Origin: an uncultured Gemmataceae bacterium
GTDB lineage: Bacteria; Planctomycetota; Planctomycetia; Gemmatales; Gemmataceae
Assembly: GCA_963750165.1 (NCBI GenBank)
Contig: CAVVPN010000004.1
Location: 352,001-416,000 of the forward strand
Reading direction: 5' to 3'
DNA length: 64,000 nt
Numbering within the stretch: position 1 is the first letter of the stretch; each line of letters opens with the position of its first letter. The translations under genes were made by a program, and so were the position numbers. The notes beneath the pieces are model-generated. The model did not search any database and had not been told where the DNA came from. It was given only the letters and a program-made list of their open reading frames with translations. Positions 31,409 through 39,494 of this stretch are shown here, one piece after another.

Positions 31409-32728
31409 TCAATTCGCCTGCGTCCGCTCCCACTGGTGACAGAATTCCGCCAGCTGCGGCAGCGCCGCCGGGCCGCCGCTCAGCAGCGCCGGCCGCACCG
31501 GCGTGATGTCCACCCGCGCCACGATCAACCGCTGCAACAGCCGCGACCACGTCTGGTCGCCCATCACCAGCGCCCCCAGAATCGTCCGCTCGCCCAGCAC
31601 CAGGCGAATACGGTTCACGGCATCGCCGTCGCTGACCATCCGCGCGACGGGCCGCAGCCGCCACACCTCGCTCTCGCCGCGCGTGATCGCCACCAGGTCC
31701 TCGTTCTTGCTGCCGCTGCTGACGGCACCGATGATCGTCACCTTCAGGTTCGTCAACATCGTGACGTTGCACGGCACCGGCTTGACGTAGGGGCGGTGCA
31801 GGCCCGCCAGGTTGTCGCCGGCGACGCGGCCCTGCGCCAGCGCCGTCGGCCAGAGCACGTCCAGTGCCGCGACGCCGGTCTGCGGGTCGAAGACCTCCGC
31901 CACGTCGCCGGCGGCGTACACGTCCGGGGCGCTGGTCTGGAGAAATTCGTTGACGATGACGCCCTTGTTGACCTTCAGCCCCGCCTGCTTCGCCAGATCC
32001 ACCCGCGGCCGCACGCCGATGGCCACCGCCAGCACCTCGCACGGCACCGTTTCGCCCGCCTGCGTCTCCACGGCCGTTATCCGGCCCTTCGCCCCCAATG
32101 CCTGCTTGATCTGCGTCTGCGTATGAATGGTGACGCCCTCGTGCCGCAGCCGCTCCATGACGATCTGCGACTCGATTTCGTCAAGCACGTCCGCCCAGTA
32201 GCGGGCGCCGCGCAGGAAGTAGTGGACCTTCATGCCGCGAGCGTTCAGGCCTTCGGCCAGTTCCAGCGCCGTGATGCCACCGCCGATGACCACCGCCGGC
32301 CGGCCGCGCCGCGCCAGCTTCAGGATGTGACGGGTGTCGTCCAGTCCGTCCAGCTTGACCACACCCGCCAGGTCGCCGCCGGGGAACGGCGGCGTTACCG
32401 CCAGCGCCCCCGTCGCCAGCAGCAACCGGTCGTAGCGCAGCCGCTGGCCGCCCACCGGGACCAACTCGTGCTCGTCGCAAAGCAGCCGCTCGACCCGGGC
32501 ATGAATGCGCTTCAGGTTAAGGGCACGCAGGTCGTCGCCAGTGCGGATGGTCAGCTGCTTCTCGGGGAAGTCGCCACGCAACAAATAAGCCAGGCCGGGG
32601 CGCGAGTAAAAGGCGTGCGGCTCCTCGCTGACCAGGGTGATGGTGGCGGCCGGCTCGCGGGCGCGGAGTGCCTCCGCCGCGGCCAGGCCGGCGATGCCCG
32701 AACCCACGATCACGCACTGCGGCGGCAT
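31409..32728 (-). CDS. NAD(P)/FAD-dependent oxidoreductase (rubredoxin-reductase/NirB N-terminal-like)
   Basis: VGSGIAG, LLLATGA, IGGGITALE, TSAPDVYAAGD. Confidence 0.92.
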   Translation of the reverse strand: MPPQCVIVGSGIAGLAAAEALRAREPAATITLVSEEPHAFYSRPGLAYLLRGDFPEKQLTIRTGDDLRALNLKRIHARVERLLCDEHELVPVGGQRLRYDRLLLATGALAVTPPFPGGDLAGVVKLDGLDDTRHILKLARRGRPAVVIGGGITALELAEGLNARGMKVHYFLRGARYWADVLDEIESQIVMERLRHEGVTIHTQTQIKQALGAKGRITAVETQAGETVPCEVLAVAIGVRPRVDLAKQAGLKVNKGVIVNEFLQTSAPDVYAAGDVAEVFDPQTGVAALDVLWPTALAQGRVAGDNLAGLHRPYVKPVPCNVTMLTNLKVTIIGAVSSGSKNEDLVAITRGESEVWRLRPVARMVSDGDAVNRIRLVLGERTILGALVMGDQTWSRLLQRLIVARVDITPVRPALLSGGPAALPQLAEFCHQWERTQAN

Positions 32729-32730
32729 CC

Positions 32731-33111
32731 TCAGCCCTTCCCGCTGAACAGGGGGATGCGCTCGAAGCGCAGCACGCCGCGCGGGCAGCGGCGGACGCAC
32801 TCGCTGCAGGTCAGACAATGGCTGTCCTGAATGGATTGGCCGCGCCAGGCGTGGCCGCGCACGTCGATGCCCATCGGGCAGTTGTACGAGCACATGCCGC
32901 ACTGCACACAGTTGGCCGCCTCCGGCACGACCATCGCCGTGGAGAGCACTTCATGACGCGAGTCGAAGTCACAGGCCGGCCGCACCGGGCCAGGCGAACC
33001 GGGGCCGGGCGTCGGGCGAAACGAACGGCCGCACGCCGGGCAGGACTCGGTCTGGTCCTGCGGCATCAGGAAGACGTTACAGTGCGGACAACGCTGCCAG
33101 GCGGCGGACAT
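32731..33111 (-). CDS. 2[4Fe-4S] ferredoxin with N-terminal CxxC...CxxC module
   Basis: CPHC/CPAC; CVQCGMCSYNCP; CLTCSECVRRCP. Confidence 0.88.
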   Translation of the reverse strand: MSAAWQRCPHCNVFLMPQDQTESCPACGRSFRPTPGPGSPGPVRPACDFDSRHEVLSTAMVVPEAANCVQCGMCSYNCPMGIDVRGHAWRGQSIQDSHCLTCSECVRRCPRGVLRFERIPLFSGKG

Positions 33112-33146
33112 GGGACCTCGCTCTTCCGGTTTGCCCTGAGATGGGA

Positions 33147-33587
33147 TCAGTTGTCGCGCTCTCGGCCCTTCTTCTTCTTGACGGTGGCGTCCCAGGATTG
33201 ATTCCCCTTCTTCGTCACCTTGCCGGCGCCGGTCAACTCGACGACGCTTTTGCTGCCATCCATGCCAACGACCTCAACGCGGAAGCCGATCACCGGCCGC
33301 TCGGTGCGCTCGGCCCGGGTGGTGTAGCCGCCCTTGACGCTCTTCTCGGCGATGGTGACGGCCTCGGCCATCGAGAGCACGCGGTACGTTGGCGACGGCG
33401 GTTCCTTGGCGGTCGGCTCCGGCGGCTTGACCGCCTGGGACGGTTTGGCCGGGTCAGTCGGGGGAGCGGTTTTGAAGGGCTCGATCTGGGCGTCGCCGCT
33501 GGCGTCGCCCGCGCTCAAGCCGACGACCAGGCCGATCACCACGATGGCGACGCCACAGGCGTAGAGCAGGCTGCGGTAGAGGTTCAT
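33147..33587 (-). CDS. Secreted or anchored PepSY-like protein
   Basis: Hydrophobic N-terminus; LSMAEAVTIAEK...AE...FRVEV...VVEL..AGKV. Confidence 0.72.
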   Translation of the reverse strand: MNLYRSLLYACGVAIVVIGLVVGLSAGDASGDAQIEPFKTAPPTDPAKPSQAVKPPEPTAKEPPSPTYRVLSMAEAVTIAEKSVKGGYTTRAERTERPVIGFRVEVVGMDGSKSVVELTGAGKVTKKGNQSWDATVKKKKGRERDN

Positions 33588-33640
33588 GACAGGCCCTTGT
33601 GCAAGACCCACTTTTCGGGGGCGTGGGGATGTAGATGTTG

Positions 33641-33646
33641 ATTATA
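33641..33646 (-). promoter_or_regulatory. Candidate sigma70 -10 box for the redox operon
   Basis: Perfect TATAAT on the minus strand ~54 bp upstream of ATG 33587; no clear -35. Confidence 0.4.
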
Positions 33647-33792
33647 CCGCGGCGGAGTGAAAACGCCATGAATCGAAGATAAAGTCGAATTCATCTTCCG
33701 CCACGGGCCTGGCACCGACCATGACCGCGGCGAACCGCCGCGCATAAGATGATAGCGCATCCTTCTCGCCCGCAACCCAAAGGAGTCCACCC

Positions 33793-35196
33793 ATGCGACG
33801 CGCAGTGCTCGGCTTGTTGGGGCTGCTGGCGCTGGCCGCGCCGGCGCCGGCCCACTTTCCGTGGGTCATCCCCTCGGCAGACGGCAAGACGGTCAAGGTC
33901 GTCTTCAGCGACACGCTGGCGCCGGACAAGAACGTGTCGATCACCAAACTCGACGCCCTGAAGTTGTACGCCTGGGGCGCGAAGGACAGGGACGGCGTGC
34001 AGCTGGCCCGGGTCGTGAACAAGGACGAGGGTTACCTGTTCACCCACGTGCCGGCCGGCAAGCCGTTCGTCGGCGGCGTGTGCCACTACGGCGTCGTCGC
34101 CAAGGGCAAGGCCGACCCGTTCCTGCTGGTGTACCACGTCCAGGCCATCGCGGACGCCCACCCCAGCCCGATCCCGCCGAGCTTCCCGGTGGTGAAGGGG
34201 CAGGCGCTGCGGATCGACCCGCTGCCCACGCGCGGCGCCGGCAAGCCGCACGTCGCCGGCTTCACCGTGCTCTTCAACGGTAAGCCGCTGCCGGACGCCG
34301 AGGTCGCGGTGCTGGCGCCCGGTGCTGACAAGGACGCCGAGGGCAAGACCGACAAGGACGGCTTCTTCTCGTACCACGTCGATCACGTCAAGCAGCCCGG
34401 CCTGTACGGGGTCCGCGCCCGGCATGTCCTGATGAAAGCGGGCAAGGAGGGCGACAAGGAATACAAGGAAATCCGCCATAACGCCACGCTGGTCTTCCGC
34501 GCCGCGCCGGCCCAGGGCAAGGGGGATGACGGCGACAAGAAGGCCAAGCTGCAGCCCAGCCCCGCGGCGACGAAGTTGCTGGCCGACGCCCGCGCCGCCC
34601 GGGCCAACTGGCGCAACTTCCCCGGCTTCACCGCCGACCTGGCCGTCAACGTCGATGGCAAGGTCCACAAGGGCACGGTTGAAGTGAGCGACAGCGGCAA
34701 GGTCAAGCTGACGCTCGCGGACGAGCCGGTACAGAAGTGGGCGCTGCGCCAGCTGCAGTCGCTGGTGAATCACCGCCTGGACGACAGCGCCGGACTGCAA
34801 ACACCGTGCGCCTTCGCGGACGACGACACGCACCACCCGCTGGGCCGCAAAATCCGCGTGCTCAACGATGAACTGCATTCCAGCTACCGCATCCGCGACC
34901 GGCAAGTCATCGAGGTGAACCGGCACACAGGGCCGAGCCGCTTCACGATCATTGTGCTGGAGAACCGCGTCAACGCCGAGAAGCAGTTTCTGCCGAGCTG
35001 CTACGTCGTCAACACCTGGGACAACAAGACGGGGGCACTGCTGAATGCGCAGGCGTTCCATCAGACGTGGGTGCGCGTCGGCAGCTTCGACCTGCCGGCG
35101 CGCGAGACGATCGTCAACGCGGGCGGTAGCGGCCTCGGAGCGCGGACGATCACGTTGACGCATCACAAGCTGCTGAGCGCCGCTGCCCAGCGCTAG
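33793..35196 (+). CDS. Secreted DUF4198-like plus DUF3386-like fusion protein
   Basis: AAAGGAG RBS; APAHFPWV; VLFNGKPL...TDKDG; ARANWRNFPGFTADL...SSYRIRD. Confidence 0.8.
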   Translation: MRRAVLGLLGLLALAAPAPAHFPWVIPSADGKTVKVVFSDTLAPDKNVSITKLDALKLYAWGAKDRDGVQLARVVNKDEGYLFTHVPAGKPFVGGVCHYGVVAKGKADPFLLVYHVQAIADAHPSPIPPSFPVVKGQALRIDPLPTRGAGKPHVAGFTVLFNGKPLPDAEVAVLAPGADKDAEGKTDKDGFFSYHVDHVKQPGLYGVRARHVLMKAGKEGDKEYKEIRHNATLVFRAAPAQGKGDDGDKKAKLQPSPAATKLLADARAARANWRNFPGFTADLAVNVDGKVHKGTVEVSDSGKVKLTLADEPVQKWALRQLQSLVNHRLDDSAGLQTPCAFADDDTHHPLGRKIRVLNDELHSSYRIRDRQVIEVNRHTGPSRFTIIVLENRVNAEKQFLPSCYVVNTWDNKTGALLNAQAFHQTWVRVGSFDLPARETIVNAGGSGLGARTITLTHHKLLSAAAQR

Positions 35197-35215
35197 CGTC
35201 GTCAGGTTTCAAGGC

Positions 35216-35262
35216 CCCGTTTACGTTTCGCGCGGAGGGAGTCTGCACGAAACGTGAACGGG
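35216..35262. repeat. Second CCCGTTTACGTTTCGCGC hairpin copy
   Basis: Matches 29154-29200. Confidence 0.8.
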
Positions 35263-35316
35263 ACCCTTTCGTAGTGCGGGCGGCCCGCCTGCACAGGTCT
35301 GGAGAAGGGTCGGGAG

Positions 35317-35378
35317 AAGGGGTCGGGAGTCGATTCATACAATTTATAAGATTCGTATGAATCGACTCCCGACCCCTT
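35317..35378. repeat. AAGGGGTCGGGAGTC...GACTCCCGACCCCTT palindrome with AT-rich loop, between convergent genes
   Basis: 24-bp perfect arms; partial tandem duplication at 35301-35313. Confidence 0.85.
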
Positions 35379-35391
35379 TTCTCGCGCCGCG

Positions 35392-36239
35392 TCAGCGGGA
35401 CCGGGCTGACTCGCGCTCCCGGGCGAGTTCGCGGCCAGTGGTAATTTCCAGGAAACTCAAGTCCCGGTAGAGGAAGGTGGCGTCGCCGCCGGGCACCTGG
35501 TCGAGCAGCAGCCGCAACAACGTGCCGACAGTCACCTGTCGCGGCGCGGACGGGAGTTGGACGGGGAGGCCGTAAACATCCAACCGCCGGAACGATTTCT
35601 TGAACGCCTCCCCATCTACCAGGATTGCCAGTTCGATTTTCCGAGCGGCCAGTTGCTCGTAGAGCCGGCCCAGGGCGTCTTTCATGGTCCGGGTGCCGCG
35701 GAAGTCGCGCAGGTTCACCGGCTCATGAAACACCGCCCGGCCCTTGCGAACCGTCGCAACCTTCCGCGCGGCCTCTTCCCCACCAGCTGCGCGTCCTTTC
35801 GGACCGTGGTGATTTCGATGTAGGACGGTCGGAACGCCAGCGTGGCGTTGCGCGACGGTATCTGCTCGAGGAGCAGTTTCAGGAACTCCCGGACGCTAAC
35901 CCGCCGCGGGGTGGACGGGATTCGGACGGGAATCTCGTAAATATCCAGACGCCGCGATTCCTCCCGAAACGCTTCCTGATCCACCAGCATGGCCAGTTCA
36001 ACGCCCCGTGCCGACAACTGTTCGTAAAGTTGTTCCAGGGCTTGCTTCAAGGTGAGCGGTCCCCGGAAAGTGTTCAGGTGGACCGACTCGTGCAACATTC
36101 TGCGGAGTTGACGGAGTTCCCTTGTGGTGGGGATTAATCGCTCTCTCGGGTCGCGGATTTGCGCCGACACCGCGGCAGGTCCGCCGGCCAGACAGAGCAG
36201 CACGAGCAGCGTGCGGAAAAGGTCATTGCGGGTCGTCAT
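35392..36239 (-). CDS. Secreted protein with two tandem STN/secretin-N-like domains; apparent 1-G deletion ~35780
   Basis: Signal peptide; two homologous repeats (TLKQALEQLYEQL / TMKDALGRLYEQL); adding one G gives VGEEAARKVATVRKGRAVFHE. Confidence 0.7.
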
Positions 36240-36305
36240 CGGGTGTTCTCCTGCGCGTCAGCGGTACGGCGAAGCACCGGCGGGCTGACGCCGCGCCGCT
36301 CGTCT

Positions 36306-38165
36306 TCATGTCGCCGGCCGGTCCGCGTGGCCGTCTGGCCCGGCGCCGTCGGGCGGCGGCATCGGCTCGGCCGGCAGTTCCACCTGTGTCGCGACCTGGC
36401 GGTCCACGCGCGTCACCGGCGTCGGCGGCGCCGCGGCGTACAGCCGCAGATCGACGCGCTGCGCCTTGGACAGGTCGATGCGCTCGTTCGACAGGTCGAA
36501 CTCCAACCGCGGCTCCTCGCTCAGGTGGAGCGGCAGCCGCACCGTGAACGTGCTGCCGCGGCCCAGTTCGCTTTGCAGCGTCACGTCGCCGCCCAGCAGT
36601 TTCGACAGCTCGCGGACAATCGACAGGCCCAGGCCGGTGCCGGTGTGCTCGCGCGTCAGCGGGTTGCCCGACTGGCGGAACTTTTCAAAGATTAGCTCCT
36701 GCTCCTCCGTGGCGATGCCGACGCCCGTGTCCGAGACCGTCAACACCAGGAAGCCGCCCTCCGCCTCCGCCTTGAGCAGCACTCTGCCGCCCTCCGGTGT
36801 GAACTTGATCGCGTTGGACAGCAGGTTTTGCAGGATCTGCTGCAGCTTGGTCACGTCCTGGCGCAGCACCGGCACGCCCGGGTCAATTTGGCCGCGCAAA
36901 TCGATGTTTTTCTTCTCCGCCATCGCCCGGAACATGTTCAGCAAACCCTCACACACATCGTGAATGCTGAACTCTTCCAGGCGCACCTGCATCTTGCCCG
37001 CCTCGATCCTGGCCAGGTCCAAAATATCATTGATGAGATTTAACAACGTCTCACCGCTCGACTTGATGTTGCGCACCCAGCGCAGTTGTTTCTCGGTCAA
37101 ATTGTTGCGCGAAAGTAACACGTCACTGAAGCCCAAAATACTATTGAGGGGCGTGCGCAACTCATGACTCATGGTCGCCAGGAAGTCACTCTTGAGGCGG
37201 TTGGACTCGTACAGAGCCATGTTCGCCTGGGCCAGTTCGTCGAGCTTGCGATCGAGGTCGGCGTTCACCTTGCGCCACTGGTCCTGCATGCTCACGAGAT
37301 TGCGCAGCATACGGTTGAAGGCGTGGCTCAAATCTTCAAACTCGTCGCCGGTCTGGATCTCACTGCGGACGTTGAGTTCGCCGGCGGAGATGGCGTCGCT
37401 GACCTCTTTCAGATGTTTCACCGGCTTGACGATGACGTAGCGCACAATCACGTAGCTGCCGAACATGATGAGCAGGGCGGTCACGAAAGCGGTGGCCATG
37501 AGCACGGCGCGGTTGAGGTGGACGGCGTCCTCGATCGCCTTGGTCGGCATGCGAATGTGGACGATGGCCATCAGGTCGTTTTCGGCCAGGTTCGGGTGGT
37601 TCTTGTTGTGGTGGCACTCCATGCACTTCTTGTGGGCGCGGATGGCTCCGTAGTAGTGCAGCACCGGCTCGCCGGCGCGGACGCGCGTCGCCTCGTTGCG
37701 GGGCGGGTCGGAGGTCTGAAACTCCTTGAACAACTCACGCTCGAAACTGTCCTCGTGCTTGTTGGGCAGGATGGGCTCGTCGTATTGTAGATCGAGCTTT
37801 TTCATGGCCAGAAAGTCGGACTCGGCCTGCGCCTGTTTGGCCTTTTCCCAGAACCGCCGGCTCGCCTCCAGGACCGCCTGCTGCTGTTCGCGTGACAGTG
37901 GCTCCTCATCGGCCTGCTTCAGCGCCTGCGTCAACAACTCCTGTTCGCGGGCCAGGAGTTTCTCCTTGTGGAACTTGTTAAAAATGGGCTCGACGAGGAC
38001 GCGGCAGGTGGTGGTGGTCTGGTCGTAGGCGAGGTGCTCGGTCTGGTAGGCGTACAGCCAGAAACTGGCGGTGATGAGCACGAGGATGCCGGCACCGAAC
38101 AGGAAGCGACACTTGCGCTCCAGGCTCGTCTCGCCCAGCAGGCGTTTGAAGGCACGGTAGGACAT
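36306..38165 (-). CDS. Membrane sensor histidine kinase (periplasmic CxxCH/DUF3365-like, HAMP, HisKA, HATPase)
   Basis: Two TM helices; CMECHH; SHELRTPLN; NLLSNAIKFT; DTGVG; GTGLGL. Confidence 0.95.
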   Translation of the reverse strand: MSYRAFKRLLGETSLERKCRFLFGAGILVLITASFWLYAYQTEHLAYDQTTTTCRVLVEPIFNKFHKEKLLAREQELLTQALKQADEEPLSREQQQAVLEASRRFWEKAKQAQAESDFLAMKKLDLQYDEPILPNKHEDSFERELFKEFQTSDPPRNEATRVRAGEPVLHYYGAIRAHKKCMECHHNKNHPNLAENDLMAIVHIRMPTKAIEDAVHLNRAVLMATAFVTALLIMFGSYVIVRYVIVKPVKHLKEVSDAISAGELNVRSEIQTGDEFEDLSHAFNRMLRNLVSMQDQWRKVNADLDRKLDELAQANMALYESNRLKSDFLATMSHELRTPLNSILGFSDVLLSRNNLTEKQLRWVRNIKSSGETLLNLINDILDLARIEAGKMQVRLEEFSIHDVCEGLLNMFRAMAEKKNIDLRGQIDPGVPVLRQDVTKLQQILQNLLSNAIKFTPEGGRVLLKAEAEGGFLVLTVSDTGVGIATEEQELIFEKFRQSGNPLTREHTGTGLGLSIVRELSKLLGGDVTLQSELGRGSTFTVRLPLHLSEEPRLEFDLSNERIDLSKAQRVDLRLYAAAPPTPVTRVDRQVATQVELPAEPMPPPDGAGPDGHADRPAT

Positions 38166-38188
38166 GCGGCCCCCCTGGTTTGCGCCCG

Positions 38189-38250
38189 GCGAGCGGGGTC
38201 GCGTCAGCGCCCCGTGAGGTCGCACGGGGCGCTGACGCGACCCCGCTCGC
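38189..38250. repeat. REP-like palindrome family 2 copy
   Basis: 28-bp perfect arms. Confidence 0.9.
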
Positions 38251-38255
38251 TGACA

Positions 38256-39080
38256 TCACCCCTTCTGACACTTCGGGCAGTAATGCGTCGAGCGCCCCGC
38301 CAGGCGGATGCGCGTGATCGGCGTTTTGCAGCGCGGGCACGGCTGGCCAGCGCGGCCGTAGACCTTGAACTCTTTTTGATAGCCGCCCTGCTTCCCGGAG
38401 CCGCCGACGTAATCGCGGATGGTCGAACCGCGGTGCGCGATGGCCCGGTTCAACACGGCGATGATGGCGTCGCGCAGCCGCCGCGCCTCCGCGGCCGTCA
38501 CGTCCTTGCCGGGCTTCGTCGGCGGCAGTTTCGCCTCGAACAGCGCCTCGTCGGCGTAGATGTTGCCAACGCCAGCCACCACGCGCTGATCGAGCAGCAC
38601 GGCTTTCAGGTTGCGTGCAGTCGTGCGCAGGCGACCACGGAGGTACGGCGCGTCGAGGTTGAACGGCTCCGGGCCGAGCCCGGATTGATCAAAAAACTGG
38701 GCAAGCTTCTCCCTGGACGTGAAGAGCGTGGCACTGCCGAAGCGGCGGACATCGCGGAAGCGCAACTGGTCCTTCGGCCCACTCAGATCAATGACCAGGT
38801 GCGTGTGCGGCAGCCGCGGCGCGGCGGCGGATACCACGGTCAGCTGGCCGGTCATGCCCAGATGAACCACCAGGAACAACTCGCCGTCGAGGCCGAGGCA
38901 AATCCATTTGCCGCGGCGCTCGACAAAGTGCAGGCGCCGGCCTTCGAGAGCCGCGGTCCACTCCGGCGCCCAGGGGCGGCGCAGGGCCAGTTCGCCGCGC
39001 TCCACCTTGAGCAACTTGCGGTTGACCAGTCGTGGGCGCAGCTCGCGCACCACTGTTTCGACTTCCGGCAATTCTGGCAC
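38256..39080 (-). CDS. mutM: Formamidopyrimidine-DNA glycosylase
   Basis: PELPEVE, RRGK, HLGMTG, GVGNIYADE, C-terminal zinc finger. Confidence 0.97.
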   Translation of the reverse strand: MPELPEVETVVRELRPRLVNRKLLKVERGELALRRPWAPEWTAALEGRRLHFVERRGKWICLGLDGELFLVVHLGMTGQLTVVSAAAPRLPHTHLVIDLSGPKDQLRFRDVRRFGSATLFTSREKLAQFFDQSGLGPEPFNLDAPYLRGRLRTTARNLKAVLLDQRVVAGVGNIYADEALFEAKLPPTKPGKDVTAAEARRLRDAIIAVLNRAIAHRGSTIRDYVGGSGKQGGYQKEFKVYGRAGQPCPRCKTPITRIRLAGRSTHYCPKCQKG

Positions 39081-39099
39081 CCTTGAGACTCCCGATTGC

Positions 39100-39480
39100 T
39101 TACGCCTCGCCCTGGTCGGACGGCAGCGGGTTGTGGGCGAACACCAGATCCTGGAGCAGGCGGCCTTCCTGGAGATGTTGGCGGACCAGTTCGGGCACGC
39201 GCTCAGCGGTCATGCCGTGATACCACGTCCCCTCGGGGTAAACGACAGCCGTCGGCCCCTGGCTGCAGACGCGCAGACAGCCAACCTTGGTGCGGTAGCA
39301 GGCGTGCTCGCCGCTGGTCAGGCCCTCGTCCTTCAGCGTCTTTTTCAGCACTTCCCACGCCCGCAGGCCCTCCTCGGGCGTGCAGCAGTTCGGGCCGGTA
39401 CACAGGAAGACGTGCCGGTGATAGGCGCCGATGCCGAGCTTCGCGGCGATGGTTTGCAGGTCCTGTTTCTCCGTCGTCAT
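39100..39480 (-). CDS. Thioredoxin-like [2Fe-2S] ferredoxin
   Basis: RHVFLC...CC; GCLRVCSQGPTAVVYPEGTWY. Confidence 0.9.
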   Translation of the reverse strand: MTTEKQDLQTIAAKLGIGAYHRHVFLCTGPNCCTPEEGLRAWEVLKKTLKDEGLTSGEHACYRTKVGCLRVCSQGPTAVVYPEGTWYHGMTAERVPELVRQHLQEGRLLQDLVFAHNPLPSDQGEA

Positions 39481-39494
39481 GGGTCACCTCGGCC

